DNA of 64,000 bases, from positions 64,001 through 128,000 of the forward strand of contig CAWHHI010000006.1 of NCBI GenBank assembly GCA_963829055.1. The letters are read 5' to 3'. Positions within the stretch are counted from its first letter, which is position 1, and each line of letters begins with the position of its first letter. Both the position numbers and the translations under genes were made by a program. The stretch comes from an uncultured Gemmatimonadaceae bacterium. Its GTDB lineage: Bacteria; Gemmatimonadota; Gemmatimonadetes; Gemmatimonadales; Gemmatimonadaceae. Shown here in pieces: positions 45,868-56,865 of this stretch. The notes beneath the pieces were generated by a model. The model made no database searches. It had not been told where the DNA came from and saw only the letters and a list, made by a program, of their open reading frames with translations.

Positions 45868-47529
45868 ATGTTGGACTTCACGAAGCACTACGTGGCTCGC
45901 CTAACGCGTCTCGTGACGCCGCAGGCCGAGCGTATCCCGGAGACCACTCAGGTCCCCAACTCGGCGGGCGGGTATGCCTGGCCCGTCGACCCGTGGACGC
46001 GCTTCGATCGGTTCCTGATCTTCGGGAGCGAGCGCGGAACGTATTACATCCGCGAGCGCACGCTGACGATCGAGAACGCGACGAACGCGCGCCTGGTCAT
46101 CGCGGAGGATGGACCTCGCGCCGTCCGTCGGATCGTCGAGGTCAGCACGGGCGGGCGGGCACCGAGCAACGATCCGGCGTTGTTCGCGCTCGCCATGTGC
46201 GCGGGGCTCGGGGACGACGTCACGCGCGCGATGGCGCTCGAGGCGCTGCCTGACGTGGCGCGCACGGCGACGCACCTCTTCCACTTCCTGCAGTACGTCC
46301 GCGCGTTCCGCGGGTGGGGGCGTGGCGTGCGTCGTGCCGTCGGACGCTGGTACACGGCCAAGCCGGCGCCGGCGATCGCGTACCAGATGCTCAAGTACCA
46401 GGCGCGTGACGGGTGGACGCACCGCGACGCTTTGCGCCTGGCGCACCCCAAGGCACCGACCGTCGGGCACGACGTGCTGTTTCGCTACGCCACGAAGGGG
46501 TGGGAAGGGGTGTTGGAGCTCGAGGGGATCAACGATCTCGACGTGGTCGCGCTCATCGAGGCGATCAAGTCGCTCGCGCACCTAACGCCGGCGGAAGCCG
46601 CGAGCGTGATCACGCGCATGCGTCTCACGCGCGAGATGGTGCCGACCGAGCTGTTGGCGTCGCCGGCCGTGTGGGATGCGTTGCTCGAGCGCATGCCGCT
46701 CATGGCAATGATCCGCAACCTCGGGGTCATGACGAAGGTTGGGCTGGTCGCGCCGGGAAGCGATGCGGCGCGGACGGTCGTGGATCGACTCTCTGACACG
46801 AACGCGCTGCGTGGCGCGCGCGTGCACCCGGTTGCGGTGCTCGTCGCCATGAAGACGTACGCGCAGGGGCGCGGAATGAAGGGAAGCGGGAAGTGGTCGC
46901 CGGTGGCGCAGGTGGTCGATGCGCTCGACAAGGCGTTCTACCTCTCGTTCGAGAATGCGCCCACGACGGGCAAGCGGATCATGCTGGCGCTCGACGTCTC
47001 CGGATCGATGGGGTCGCCGGTGTTCGGGATGGACTACCTGACGTGTCGTGAGGCGGCGGCCGCGATGGCGCTCGTGACGGCCGCGACGGAGCCGAACCAT
47101 CGCTTCGTTGCGTTCACGACGGGTGACTATCCGTCGCAGTGGACGGCGACGCATGGGTCGCAGTACAACACGGGATTGTCGGAGCTGGCGATCTCGCCGC
47201 GTCAGCGTCTGGACGACGTGGTGCGCCTGACGGGGAACCTGCCGTTCGGGGGAACCGATTGCGCATTGCCGATGGTCGAGGCGTTGAAGCATCGCTGGGC
47301 GGTGGACGCGTTCGTCGTGTTCACGGACAGCGAGACGTGGGCCGGGAACATTCATCCCTCGCAGGCGCTTCGCGAGTACCGGGAGCGCATGGGAATCGCG
47401 GCCAAGCTGGTGGTGGTCGCGATGACGTCGAACGGGTTCAGCATTGCGGACCCGGACGATGCGGGAATGCTGGACGTCGTGGGGTTCGATACCGCGACGC
47501 CTAACGTGCTCGCGGAGTTCATTACATAA
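45868..47529 (+). CDS. rsr: Ro60/Rsr TROVE + vWA domain RNA-binding protein
   Basis: NSAGGY, RFLIFGSE.GTYY, KYQARDGWTHRDALRLAHPK, MPLMAMIRNLG, DVSGSM, GGTDCALPM, TDSETW, MLDVVGFD; RBS AAGGAGG. Confidence 0.95.
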   Translation: MLDFTKHYVARLTRLVTPQAERIPETTQVPNSAGGYAWPVDPWTRFDRFLIFGSERGTYYIRERTLTIENATNARLVIAEDGPRAVRRIVEVSTGGRAPSNDPALFALAMCAGLGDDVTRAMALEALPDVARTATHLFHFLQYVRAFRGWGRGVRRAVGRWYTAKPAPAIAYQMLKYQARDGWTHRDALRLAHPKAPTVGHDVLFRYATKGWEGVLELEGINDLDVVALIEAIKSLAHLTPAEAASVITRMRLTREMVPTELLASPAVWDALLERMPLMAMIRNLGVMTKVGLVAPGSDAARTVVDRLSDTNALRGARVHPVAVLVAMKTYAQGRGMKGSGKWSPVAQVVDALDKAFYLSFENAPTTGKRIMLALDVSGSMGSPVFGMDYLTCREAAAAMALVTAATEPNHRFVAFTTGDYPSQWTATHGSQYNTGLSELAISPRQRLDDVVRLTGNLPFGGTDCALPMVEALKHRWAVDAFVVFTDSETWAGNIHPSQALREYRERMGIAAKLVVVAMTSNGFSIADPDDAGMLDVVGFDTATPNVLAEFIT

Positions 47530-47530
47530 C

Positions 47531-47656
47531 GTCATTCCGAGCGAAGGCCGTCAGGCCGCAGTCGAGGAATCGTGACCCTATCCGATAGAGGGGCCCCTCT
47601 ACCGGTATGACAGCGATTCCTCGACTTCGCGCCTGCGGCGCTCCGCTCGGAATGAC
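47531..47656. repeat. REP-like palindrome
   Basis: Same family. Confidence 0.9.
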
Positions 47657-47673
47657 CAACCAGGAGGCGAGAC

Positions 47674-48138
47674 ATGATGTTGAACAGAATGACGAATCGT
47701 GCTCGCCTGACGCGTCTCGCGACGCCGCAGGTCGAGCGAAATCAGGGAACGTGGCTGCTCACGCGATCCGCCGATGCCCCCCAGTGGCCGGCGGACGAGT
47801 GGGAGCGGCTCGATCGCTACCTCATTTTCGGCAGCGAGCCTGACGCGACCACGCGTGACGTGCACGTCCTGCGCGGCCGCATCGAGGTCGATGGTCCTCG
47901 CGTCGTACGACGCATCGTCGAGCTCATCTCGCTCGGCCGCGTCGTCAGCGACGAGCCGTGCCTAACGGCACTCGCCATGTGCGCGACGCTCGGCAACGAG
48001 GCCACGCGCACCATGGCGTGCGAGGCGGCCGCTGAACTCGGCGCGTTTGAAATTCTTCAGGGAGGTGAGCGCGGGGCGGTCGCGTGGTTTGTCGCGGCCG
48101 CCCCGCATCGCCGGCTGTCACGTGTTCCAGCTGCCTGA
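47674..48138 (+). CDS. Short paralog of the Ro60 N-terminal TROVE region
   Basis: RLTRLATPQ, WERLDRYLIFGSE, DGPRVVRRIVE, ALAMCA align with the upstream Ro60; similar RBS. Confidence 0.7.
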   Translation: MMLNRMTNRARLTRLATPQVERNQGTWLLTRSADAPQWPADEWERLDRYLIFGSEPDATTRDVHVLRGRIEVDGPRVVRRIVELISLGRVVSDEPCLTALAMCATLGNEATRTMACEAAAELGAFEILQGGERGAVAWFVAAAPHRRLSRVPAA

Positions 48139-48260
48139 TCCTACCTGCCAGCTGGTAGCTGGGTGCTCGTGCTTGTTGACGCGAACCGCGTCCAACTGCG
48201 CTGGGTGACGCTGGGTGAAGGCAGTCAGAATTGAATTGATATCCACAATCAACAACTAAC

Positions 48261-48581
48261 ATGAACAGGTTGAAGCAGTACCTCGAGGACGAGGAACCGC
48301 TGATGCCGGAGGGAGACTACTGGGTCATCGAGACGCGTAGCGCATACCTGGTCGTCTCGGCGGATACGGCACGCGCGATCGAGCGCGCGCTGACACGCCT
48401 CTGGCGCCCGCGGTGGCTCGTGTTCCGTGATCTCACGGGTGGTCGTCGACGTTTGCAGACGAACGTCGTCGAATGCATTTACGAGAGCACGGCGAAGCAG
48501 CGAGAAGTTCGGCGCGCGTTCGATCGCGACAGGCGCCGTGAGGAAAAGGCGGACCGGCGTCCGTGGGAAGACGACGACTGA
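48261..48581 (+). CDS. Hypothetical protein
   Basis: Clean ORF with typical codon usage. Confidence 0.6.
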   Translation: MNRLKQYLEDEEPLMPEGDYWVIETRSAYLVVSADTARAIERALTRLWRPRWLVFRDLTGGRRRLQTNVVECIYESTAKQREVRRAFDRDRRREEKADRRPWEDDD

Positions 48582-48716
48582 ACACCGCGTCTTGCGACGA
48601 CCATCACGCGTCGCCGGTCGGGCTCGCTACTCCCAAGCGGGCCCTTCGGCACCAGCGGCCAGATCTTTGCGGCGGCTTTGCGGTCCCTTTTCACCCTACA
48701 CCGCGAGGCGCACCCA

Positions 48717-49229
48717 ATGGCAAAGACTCCGAAGATTGCTCCATGCCTCTGGTTTGCGGATGAGGCCGAAGAGGCCGCGCGTTTTTACACCGGGATCTTC
48801 AGGAAATCACGCATCCTGACGACGACGCGGTACGGCAAGGCTGGATTCGAAGCGCATCACCGGCCCGAGGGATCGGTGATGACCGTCGAGTTCGAGCTCG
48901 ACGGACAACGGTTCACCGCACTCAATGGTGGGCCGGCATTCACGTTCAACGAAGCGATCTCGCTTCAGATCTACTGCGATTCGCAAGACGAGATCGACTA
49001 CTACTGGTCGAAGCTGGGCGAGGGCGGCGATCCGAAGGCGCAGCAGTGCGGCTGGTTGAAGGATCGCTACGGCGTGTCGTGGCAGGTCGTGCCCAAGGGC
49101 ATGGAGGAGTTCTACAAGGACGAGAACTCCCCGGGCGCGCAGCGTACGATGGAAGCGATGCTCAAGATGAAGAAGCTCGACATCGCGGAGCTCAAGCGGG
49201 CTTACGACGGTGAGCTGGCGAACGTCTAG
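48717..49229 (+). CDS. VOC/PhnB-like (3-demethylubiquinone-9 methyltransferase family) protein
   Basis: PCLWF..AEEAA, ALNGGP.F.FNEAISL, QCGWLKDRYGVSWQVVP. Confidence 0.9.
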   Translation: MAKTPKIAPCLWFADEAEEAARFYTGIFRKSRILTTTRYGKAGFEAHHRPEGSVMTVEFELDGQRFTALNGGPAFTFNEAISLQIYCDSQDEIDYYWSKLGEGGDPKAQQCGWLKDRYGVSWQVVPKGMEEFYKDENSPGAQRTMEAMLKMKKLDIAELKRAYDGELANV

Positions 49230-49422
49230 TTAGGCGCTGGCTACCGGTCGTCATTCCGAGCGGAGCCCGCGTACCGCGGGCGCTCCGCTCGGAATGACGA
49301 CCGCTCTGGACATGACAACGTGTCATGTTCGGCGGATGACGTTCCCCAGTGTCGCGAATCGGACGGAGTGCGTAACCTGAGCCCCAGGTTCAACGGCTAC
49401 AGGACTCATTCCGGATCCGCAC

Positions 49423-51250
49423 ATGCGCTCGCGCCGCTCGATAGCAGTCATTCCGTCGCTCATTCTCGCCATCGCAATCGCCGCCGCGCCGATCCTGGCG
49501 CAGGACGCGCCAGCTACACTCTTTCACAACGTCCGCGTCTTCGACGGGACGCGCATGCTCGCCGCCCAGGATGTGCTCGTGCAATCCGGCCGCATCGCGC
49601 AACATCGGGCCGAGCCTAACGGCACCCGCCGGCGCGGTCACGATCGATGGGCGTGGCAAGACGCTGCTCCCCGGACTCATCGACTCGCACACCCACACGT
49701 TCGGCGACGCCAGCAAGACCGCCCTCATCTTCGGCGTCACCACCGAGCTCGACATGTTCAGCGACGCCGCCGCGGCCCGCACTGCGCGCGCGGAGCAGGC
49801 AGCCGGCAAGGCCACCGATCGCGCCGATCTGTTCTCGGCAGGCACGCTGGTCACCGTTCCGAAAGGCCACGGCACCGAGTACGGCATGACGATTCCGACC
49901 ATCACTGAACCGGATTCCGCCCAGGCGTTCGTGGACGCGCGGATCGCGGAAGGGTCGGACTACATCAAGCTCGTGTACGACGACGGCCACACGTATGGCA
50001 TGTCGCTCCCCACGCTCCGCAAGGAGACGATGCGCGCGGTGATCGCCGCGGCGCACAAGCGCGGGAAGCTCGCGGTCGTGCACATCGGCGACCTCGCCGG
50101 CGCGCGTGATGCGATCGATGCCGGAGCGGACGGACTCGTGCACCTCTTCGTCGATCGCGAGCCCGACGCCGAGTTCGGAAAGTTCGTCGCGGCCCACCAC
50201 GCGTTCGTCACGCCGACGCTGACGGTTCTCATGAGCATCACTGGCGTCGGAGGTGGTGCGACACTCATCACCGACACGCGACTGAGTCCGTTCCTCTCGA
50301 AGATGGATCGCACCGTATTGGCGCAGGCATTCCCGACTCGACCGGGGACGCCGCCCAAGAGCTACGAGGCTGCCGAGAAGTCGATCAAGCAACTTCGCGC
50401 GGCGGGCGTTCCGATTCTCGCGGGCACCGATGCCGGGAACCCGGGCACGTCGCACGGTGCGGCGCTGCATCGCGAGCTCGAGCTGCTGGTGAAAGCCGGG
50501 CTGACTCCCACCGAAGCGCTGGCCGCCGCGACCAGCGTTCCGGCGAAGACCTTCCGGCTCGGCGACCGCGGTCGCATCGCGAAAGGCATGCGCGCCGACC
50601 TCGTGCTCGTGAATGGCGACCCATCTGTGGACATCACCGCGACGCGGGCGATCGACGGCGTGTGGAAGCAGGGCGTTCGTGCCGATCGTGACAGCTTCGC
50701 GAAGGCCATTGTCGCGGCGAATACGGCTGTCGGACGCGAGCCGCCCGGTGCAACTTCGGGCGTCGTGAGCGATTTCGAGAGCGGTACGACCGCGACGACG
50801 TTCGGCGCCGGCTGGTCGGTCACGACGGACGCGCTGGCGAACGGCAAGTCGGAGTCCGCCATGAAGGTCGTGAACAACGGCGCCAACGGCAGCGCGAAGT
50901 CGCTCGAGATCACCGGCACCATCTCGCCCGCGCTTCCGTACGCGTGGGGAGGCGCGATGTTCTCGCCGGGTCAGCAGATGATGACGCCGGCGAACCTGTC
51001 GTCGAAGAAGGAAGTGTCGTTCTGGGCGAAAGGTGATGGCAAGACGTACCGCGTGATGATCTTCACCGAGGGCAAGGGGTATACGCCGCTCATGCAGGAC
51101 TTCGTCGCAGGGTCCGAGTGGAAGCAGTACACGTTCCCGTTCTCCGCGTTCAGCGGAATCGATGGGCACGACCTCATGGCGTTGATGTTCGTCGGCGGAC
51201 CGCAGCCCGGCCCATTCGCCTTCCAGATCGACGACGTCCGCTTCCGCTGA
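49423..51250 (+). CDS. Secreted amidohydrolase with C-terminal CIA30-like domain (frameshift ~49605)
   Basis: PGLIDSHTH, AGTDAGN, RADLVLVNGDP; FWAKGDGKTYRV. Confidence 0.83.
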
Positions 51251-51267
51251 CAGCTATCTGAACACGC

Positions 51268-52354
51268 GTGCCTAACGCCACGGAGCCGCGCCGCTTTCGC
51301 CTCCTGCCACCGGAGCTGAGGCTGGATTCCCTACGCCTGGCTCACCTACCTCGGCTCTTTCTTCATCGAGCCAATCGTACGGGGATGGAATCCGGGCTAC
51401 TGGGCGGCAACGATCGCGGGCGCGCTCTTTTTCCTCGTGTCGTACTTCCGGGGGTACTGGGAGCGCGGTCCGCGGCTGGTGGCGATCATCGCATTTCAGG
51501 TGGCGTTAGGTGTCGGATTCTCGCCGTTCAACGCCGGCTCGGCCGTGTTCTTCGTGTACGCGGCGTCGTTCGCGGGAAAGCTGGATACAGCCAAAGCCGC
51601 GTTGTGGTTGGTGGCGCTCGTCACCGCGGTCGGAGCTACGACGGGATGGCTGGTCGGCGCGTCCCCCTACTACTTGGTTTCGGCCGTCGTCTTCGCACCG
51701 CTCATTGGCGCGGTCAACGTGCATTTCCACCAGCAGGAGAAAGCGAACGCAGGGCTGCGTCGCGCTCACGCGGAGATCGAGCGTCTCGCCGCGGTGGCCG
51801 AACGCGAGCGCATCGCGCGCGACCTGCACGATGTGCTCGGTCACACGCTGTCGCTCATCATCCTCAAGTCCGAGCTGGCGTCGAAGCTGTCGGCCAGGGA
51901 CCCGGAGCGCGCCGCGAAGGAGATCCGCGACGTCGAGCAGGTGGCCCGCACGGCGATGGCCGAGGTTCGCGAGACGATTCGCGGCTACCGGACGACGCTG
52001 GACGCCGAAGTCACCCGGGCGCGCGCACTGCTGGAGACGGCGGGGATTCCCGGGGAGTTCTCCGTGACGCTCTCCGAGCCTAACGCGGAACGTGACGAGG
52101 TCCTCGCGTTCGTGTTGCGCGAGGGCGTGACGAACGTCGTCCGCCACTCGGAGGCGACGGTCTGCCGCGTTCACGTCGAGCAGTCGAGCGACCGATGCAC
52201 GCTCACCATTCACGATGATGGCCGCGGCGCGGAGCCCACCGAAGGGAGTGGCGTTCGCGGAATGCGCGAACGGGTGAGCGCGGCCGGCGGGACGCTCGCG
52301 TACCAGGTGTCGGCCGGTACGCGCCTGACGGTCACGCTGCCGGTCGCCGGATGA
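51268..52354 (+). CDS. DesK-like sensor histidine kinase (frameshift near the N-terminus)
   Basis: ERIARDLHDVLGHTLS, EGVTNVVRHS, DDGRG. Confidence 0.9.
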
Positions 52355-52953
52355 TTCGCGTCGTCGTCGCCGAGGATCAGTCGATGGTGCTCGGCGCACT
52401 CGCCGCACTCCTCGAGATCGAGCCGGAGATCGAGGTCGTGGGGAAGGCGCGTGACGGCCGCGAGGCGCTCGAGCTCGTGGAGCAGGAAAGGCCGGACGTC
52501 CTCCTCACGGACATCGAGATGCCGCTGATGACCGGTCTCGAGCTGGCCGCGGAGATCGCGCGACGTCGGCTCACGACGCGCGTGATCATCCTGACGACGT
52601 TCGCGCGCGGCGGCTACCTGCGGCGCGCGCTGGACGCGGGCGCGAGCGGCTATCTCCTCAAGGACAGTCCGGCCGAGGAGTTGGCGAATGCCGTGCGGCG
52701 CGTGCATCAGGGAGGCCGCGCGATCGACTCCGAGCTCGCGCGCGAAGCGTGGACCGAGCGTGATCCGTTGAACGATCGCGAGCGGCAGGTGCTTCGATTG
52801 GCGGCCGAGGGAACGGCGACCGGCGCGATCGCCGCGTCGCTCGGCCTCTCGGAGGGAACGGTGAGAAACTATCTCTCCGACGCGATCTCCAAGCTCGGGG
52901 CGTCGAATCGCGTGGAGGCGGCGCGAACGGCGCGGACGAAGGGCTGGCTCTAG
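52351..52953 (+). CDS. DesR/NarL-family response regulator
   Basis: AEDQ, TDIEMP, LTTF, LSEGTVRNY. Confidence 0.93.
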   Translation: MIRVVVAEDQSMVLGALAALLEIEPEIEVVGKARDGREALELVEQERPDVLLTDIEMPLMTGLELAAEIARRRLTTRVIILTTFARGGYLRRALDAGASGYLLKDSPAEELANAVRRVHQGGRAIDSELAREAWTERDPLNDRERQVLRLAAEGTATGAIAASLGLSEGTVRNYLSDAISKLGASNRVEAARTARTKGWL

Positions 52954-54386
52954 TCGATCCCCACTCGCCCTTTCACTGCCGCGATGAGCTTCGGCGAGTC
53001 GTAGCCGACGCCGTCCTTGAAGACGGTGGTGACTTTGCGAATCACGCTTGGATCCGCGGCGAGATCCCCTTGCAGCACGACGAGGTCAGCGAGCTTGCCG
53101 CGCTCCACCGACCCGAGCTTGTCGTAGACGCCAAGAATCTTCGCGCCGTTCGACGTCATGATCTGCACCACCTGCGCCGGCGTGAATCCCGCCTCCACAA
53201 GCAGCTCGTAGTTCCGCTGATCGCCGAATCCCGGTAGCGCACCGCCGAAGCCCGTTGGATCCACGCCGGCCGCAAGCCGCCCGCCGGCCTTCACGAAGTC
53301 GCGCTCGAACTGCATTGCGTTCTTGAGCATCGGCGGCGTGAACGTCCAGTCCTTCGACGTGTCGATCTGCGCGCGCATCTTCAGATAGGCCTCGCGCACC
53401 TCGGGACTCATCGCCTCGAGCGTGCGCTCATCCTTCGTCGGCCGGTTCGGGAAGAACGGCTCATACACGGCGAGCGTGGACGTCATCCCGACGTTCTTCG
53501 CGACCATCGCGCTGATGGCCGCGCGGGCGGTGTCGCTCGTCATGTTCGCGATGCCGACTCGCGCCACGCTGTTCGACGGACACGCGTCCGGCAGCTTCGT
53601 CGGGTCGAAGTCGGTCGCCGTCAGCAGGCCATGCTCGAGGTTGTCGATGCCTAACGCCACGGCCTCCTTGAAGCTCACCGAGCACAGATGCCCCGTGACC
53701 TTCATGCCGCGCTTGTGCGCTTCGTCGATCGCGGCCTTGAGCTCCGCCCGGTGAATGTCGGTGTACGCCTTGATCCACTCCGCGCCTTCCTGGGCCCAGT
53801 ACGCGACGAACCGCCGCGCCGCCTCCGGTGTCGTGATCGGCGCCATGCTTCCGGCCGAGCCTGCGACGCCACCGGTGATGTAGGGCGCCGTCAGGTGCAC
53901 CCGCGGTCCTGGTATGCGCCCCGAGTCGATCGCTTCCTTGGTGTTGATCTCCGCGTAAGGCGCTCTGCCGCCGGTCGTCCGAATCGTCGTGACGCCGCTG
54001 CCGAGATAGAGGCGCGGACCGGTGAAGGACATCTGCGCCGCGCGTCCGCCGGCCGCGGTGTAGAACAGGTGGTCGTGCATCCCGACGATGCCAGGGATCA
54101 CGGTGCTGCCCGCGAGGTTCATCGTCCGCGCGCCCGCCGGCACCTTCACGCTCGATGCCGCGCCCACCTCGGCGATCTTCCCATTCTGAATGACGACGGT
54201 CTGGTTAGGCTTGGGCGCGCTGCCGGTGCCGTCGATGACGGTCACGTTCGTGAGCGCGACGACAGGCTCGCTCACGGTCACAAACGTTCGCGTCTGCTGC
54301 GAGAGCGACGCCGCCGACTGGGCGGCGATGGCCGCGAACGGAGCGGAAAGCAGGGCAACGAGCGCCGACGAATTGAGTACTCGCAT
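52950..54386 (-). CDS. Secreted amidohydrolase
   Basis: PGIVGMHDH, GHLCS, LEHG, GKLADLVV. Confidence 0.88.
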   Translation of the reverse strand: MRVLNSSALVALLSAPFAAIAAQSAASLSQQTRTFVTVSEPVVALTNVTVIDGTGSAPKPNQTVVIQNGKIAEVGAASSVKVPAGARTMNLAGSTVIPGIVGMHDHLFYTAAGGRAAQMSFTGPRLYLGSGVTTIRTTGGRAPYAEINTKEAIDSGRIPGPRVHLTAPYITGGVAGSAGSMAPITTPEAARRFVAYWAQEGAEWIKAYTDIHRAELKAAIDEAHKRGMKVTGHLCSVSFKEAVALGIDNLEHGLLTATDFDPTKLPDACPSNSVARVGIANMTSDTARAAISAMVAKNVGMTSTLAVYEPFFPNRPTKDERTLEAMSPEVREAYLKMRAQIDTSKDWTFTPPMLKNAMQFERDFVKAGGRLAAGVDPTGFGGALPGFGDQRNYELLVEAGFTPAQVVQIMTSNGAKILGVYDKLGSVERGKLADLVVLQGDLAADPSVIRKVTTVFKDGVGYDSPKLIAAVKGRVGID

Positions 54387-54405
54387 CCGTGTCTCCGGGA
54401 TCTAT

Positions 54406-54513
54406 GTCATTCCGAGCGAGCGACAGCGAGTCGAGGAATCGTTGGCGTCAGGAGCGGCCTCTACCTCGAAAGCATGGATTCCTCGACTCGGCCTCGGCCT
54501 CCGCTCGGAATGA
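54406..54513. repeat. REP-like palindrome
   Basis: Same family. Confidence 0.88.
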
Positions 54514-56689
54514 CTACCGCACGGTGAACGCCATCATCATCTGGGCCGACAAGTGCTCCGCAATGTGACAGTGTACCATCCACCGTCCGGGGTTCGATAG
54601 ATCGAGCAGGATGTCTGCCGTCGCGCCGGCCGGCAGCAGTACCGTGTCCTTCCAGACCAGATTCGTGTTCGGAACACCGTTCACCGCGAGCACGAGAAAC
54701 CGCTGACCGTGAATGTGAATCGGGTGCTGCATTCCGTGGAACGATTGCCGCTCGTTCACCAGCCGCACCTTCACCACGTCGCCGCGCCGGAAGGTCCAGT
54801 CGATGTCCATGTTCTCCTTGCCCGTCGCCGCGTCGCGGAGAATCCAGCGGACCTGATCGCCCGTCGCGGCCCAGTTCATCCCGGGCATCGTCCCGCTCCA
54901 CTCGACAGGCGTGAAGAAGACCGAGTCGAGCTGCATGATCTGGCGGGTGAAGAACGGAAGCCCCTGCGTCTCCATCGTGAGCACGAGGGTCTTGTCGACT
55001 GGACGCGCCATTCTGTCCCGATAGCGAGCGACGTCGGCGCGCGTCGCCGTGTCTACCCGGAGCGTGCCGAACGACGAAGCCAGGCTCGGGCTGGCTGCAC
55101 GGGTGCCGACGCGCACGACGCCTAACGTATCCGTCTCCGTGAAGAAACGGCCGTAGAGGTGATCGAGCCCGCGCACGCGGTTCACCAGCGCCACCTCTCC
55201 CGGCCGGTCGAACCGCACGTGCACCACATAGCGCTCAGCTGGCGCGATCACGATGCTCTCGACCCATTGCTCCCGCTCGTAATTCCCGACGTCGCTTGCG
55301 ACGACCTTCATCCGCGCGCCGGGAAACGAGACGTTGAACGTGCGTGTGTTCGCGACATTGGTGAGATAGAAGCGCACGACCTCGCCGCGGTCGACCGAGA
55401 GCGCATAACGCGGCTCACCGTTCACGAGCATCACGTTGCCGAACCGGCCCATCAGCGCGTGGGTCGTCGTCGAGGCGCCGAACGGCACCATGCCATCCTC
55501 CCCGAGGAGGAGGTCATCCAGCATGAGTACCTCGTCGCGGCTCGCGGGCGAGAAGTAGTCGGGCCGAGGTGAACGGACCATGAGGTTACCGTAGAGCCCC
55601 AGATCCTGCTGGACGTCCTCGCGCACGTGCGGGTGGTACCAGTAGATGCCGGCGTCCGGGAACCGAAGGTGATAGGTGAATCGTCCGCCGGGCGCGACTG
55701 CTTGCTGCGTGAGATCGGGGACGCCGTCGAACGCGTTGTCCAGCCGAATGCCGTGCCAGTGGACCGTCGTCGGCTGGTCCAGCGCGTTCGTGAGCTCGAC
55801 GGTGATCTCGGCACCCTGCGCTACCTGAAGAAGCGGGCCGGGATACTGGTCGTTGAACGCGAACATCGTGAGCGTGCGCCCCTTGAAGGGCCGGCGGACG
55901 ATGCCGGCGGTGAGGCGCAGCGTATCGCCACTCGTGAGTCGAACCAGCGCGTCGCGGCTGCGCCAGCGGAAGGCTGTCGATGTTCGCCACTCGTGGCAGA
56001 TACGCTGCCGCGTTAGGCCGCAGCGTCATCTCGGCCGGAAGCATCGAGATGCCTGGGGGCATCGGCACCATCGTCCAGCCCAGCGAATCCTTCCCGGCCT
56101 GGCCGTGGTGCTCGTGACCTTCGGGACTCGAGTCCGTGCGCGTGGCGCCGAGGACGAACTGCATGAAGTCGGGTGGCTGCAGTCGCGTGCTCGGGGACAT
56201 CCCCCGAAGGACGAGACGCCCGGTCATCTCCTTCGTCGCGGCCGCTGCTTCAGCCGTGATGAGGATGGAGAACTTGTCGAGCGCGATTGCTGGGAGCACG
56301 TTGCGGCCGTTGCCCACGACGCCGAGCCGCTGCACGAAATCCATCGTTGGCGATGTGGCCCACGCGACGTACGCAACGTAGGCGCCGAGCGACGCCGGGC
56401 TCGCGAGGCCGGTGAGGGTGATCGCAGGCGTGTAGCGCAGGTGCCCATCCGCCGTGACGTCGACCGTGAACGGTCCGGGCGTTCGGCCGAGCTCGACGCG
56501 TCCCGCGCCAGATCGGATACCCACCGCCGGGACCAGCTCTATGCAATAGAGATCGCGACTCGGCGACAGCCGAGCCTCGGCGCCGTCGCAGAGTGATGCG
56601 TGCGCCTGGGGCTGCGCTTCGAGCGCGGGTGTGACCGAAGCGGTGAGGCAGACGCCGAGACACAGGGCGCGCCTCGAAAACGAATGCAT
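54514..56689 (-). CDS. Multicopper oxidase with N-terminal extension (frameshift ~55945)
   Basis: HWHG, WYHPH, HPIHIHG, HCHIAEH..MM. Confidence 0.88.
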
Positions 56690-56865
56690 GCGTGTTCCGG
56701 GTATCGGCACAGGCGTCATCATCGCCGCGCTCTGGCGCCGCAGTGGTTCGGGGTGGTTTGGTTGCCGGGCGGAGACCGGTCCGTGCGAACCATGTGCGTC
56801 TCGCGCTTCATGATAGTTCGACTGCTGCTTCTCCTGCGTCAACCGTACGCTTCACCGAGGCTCAC

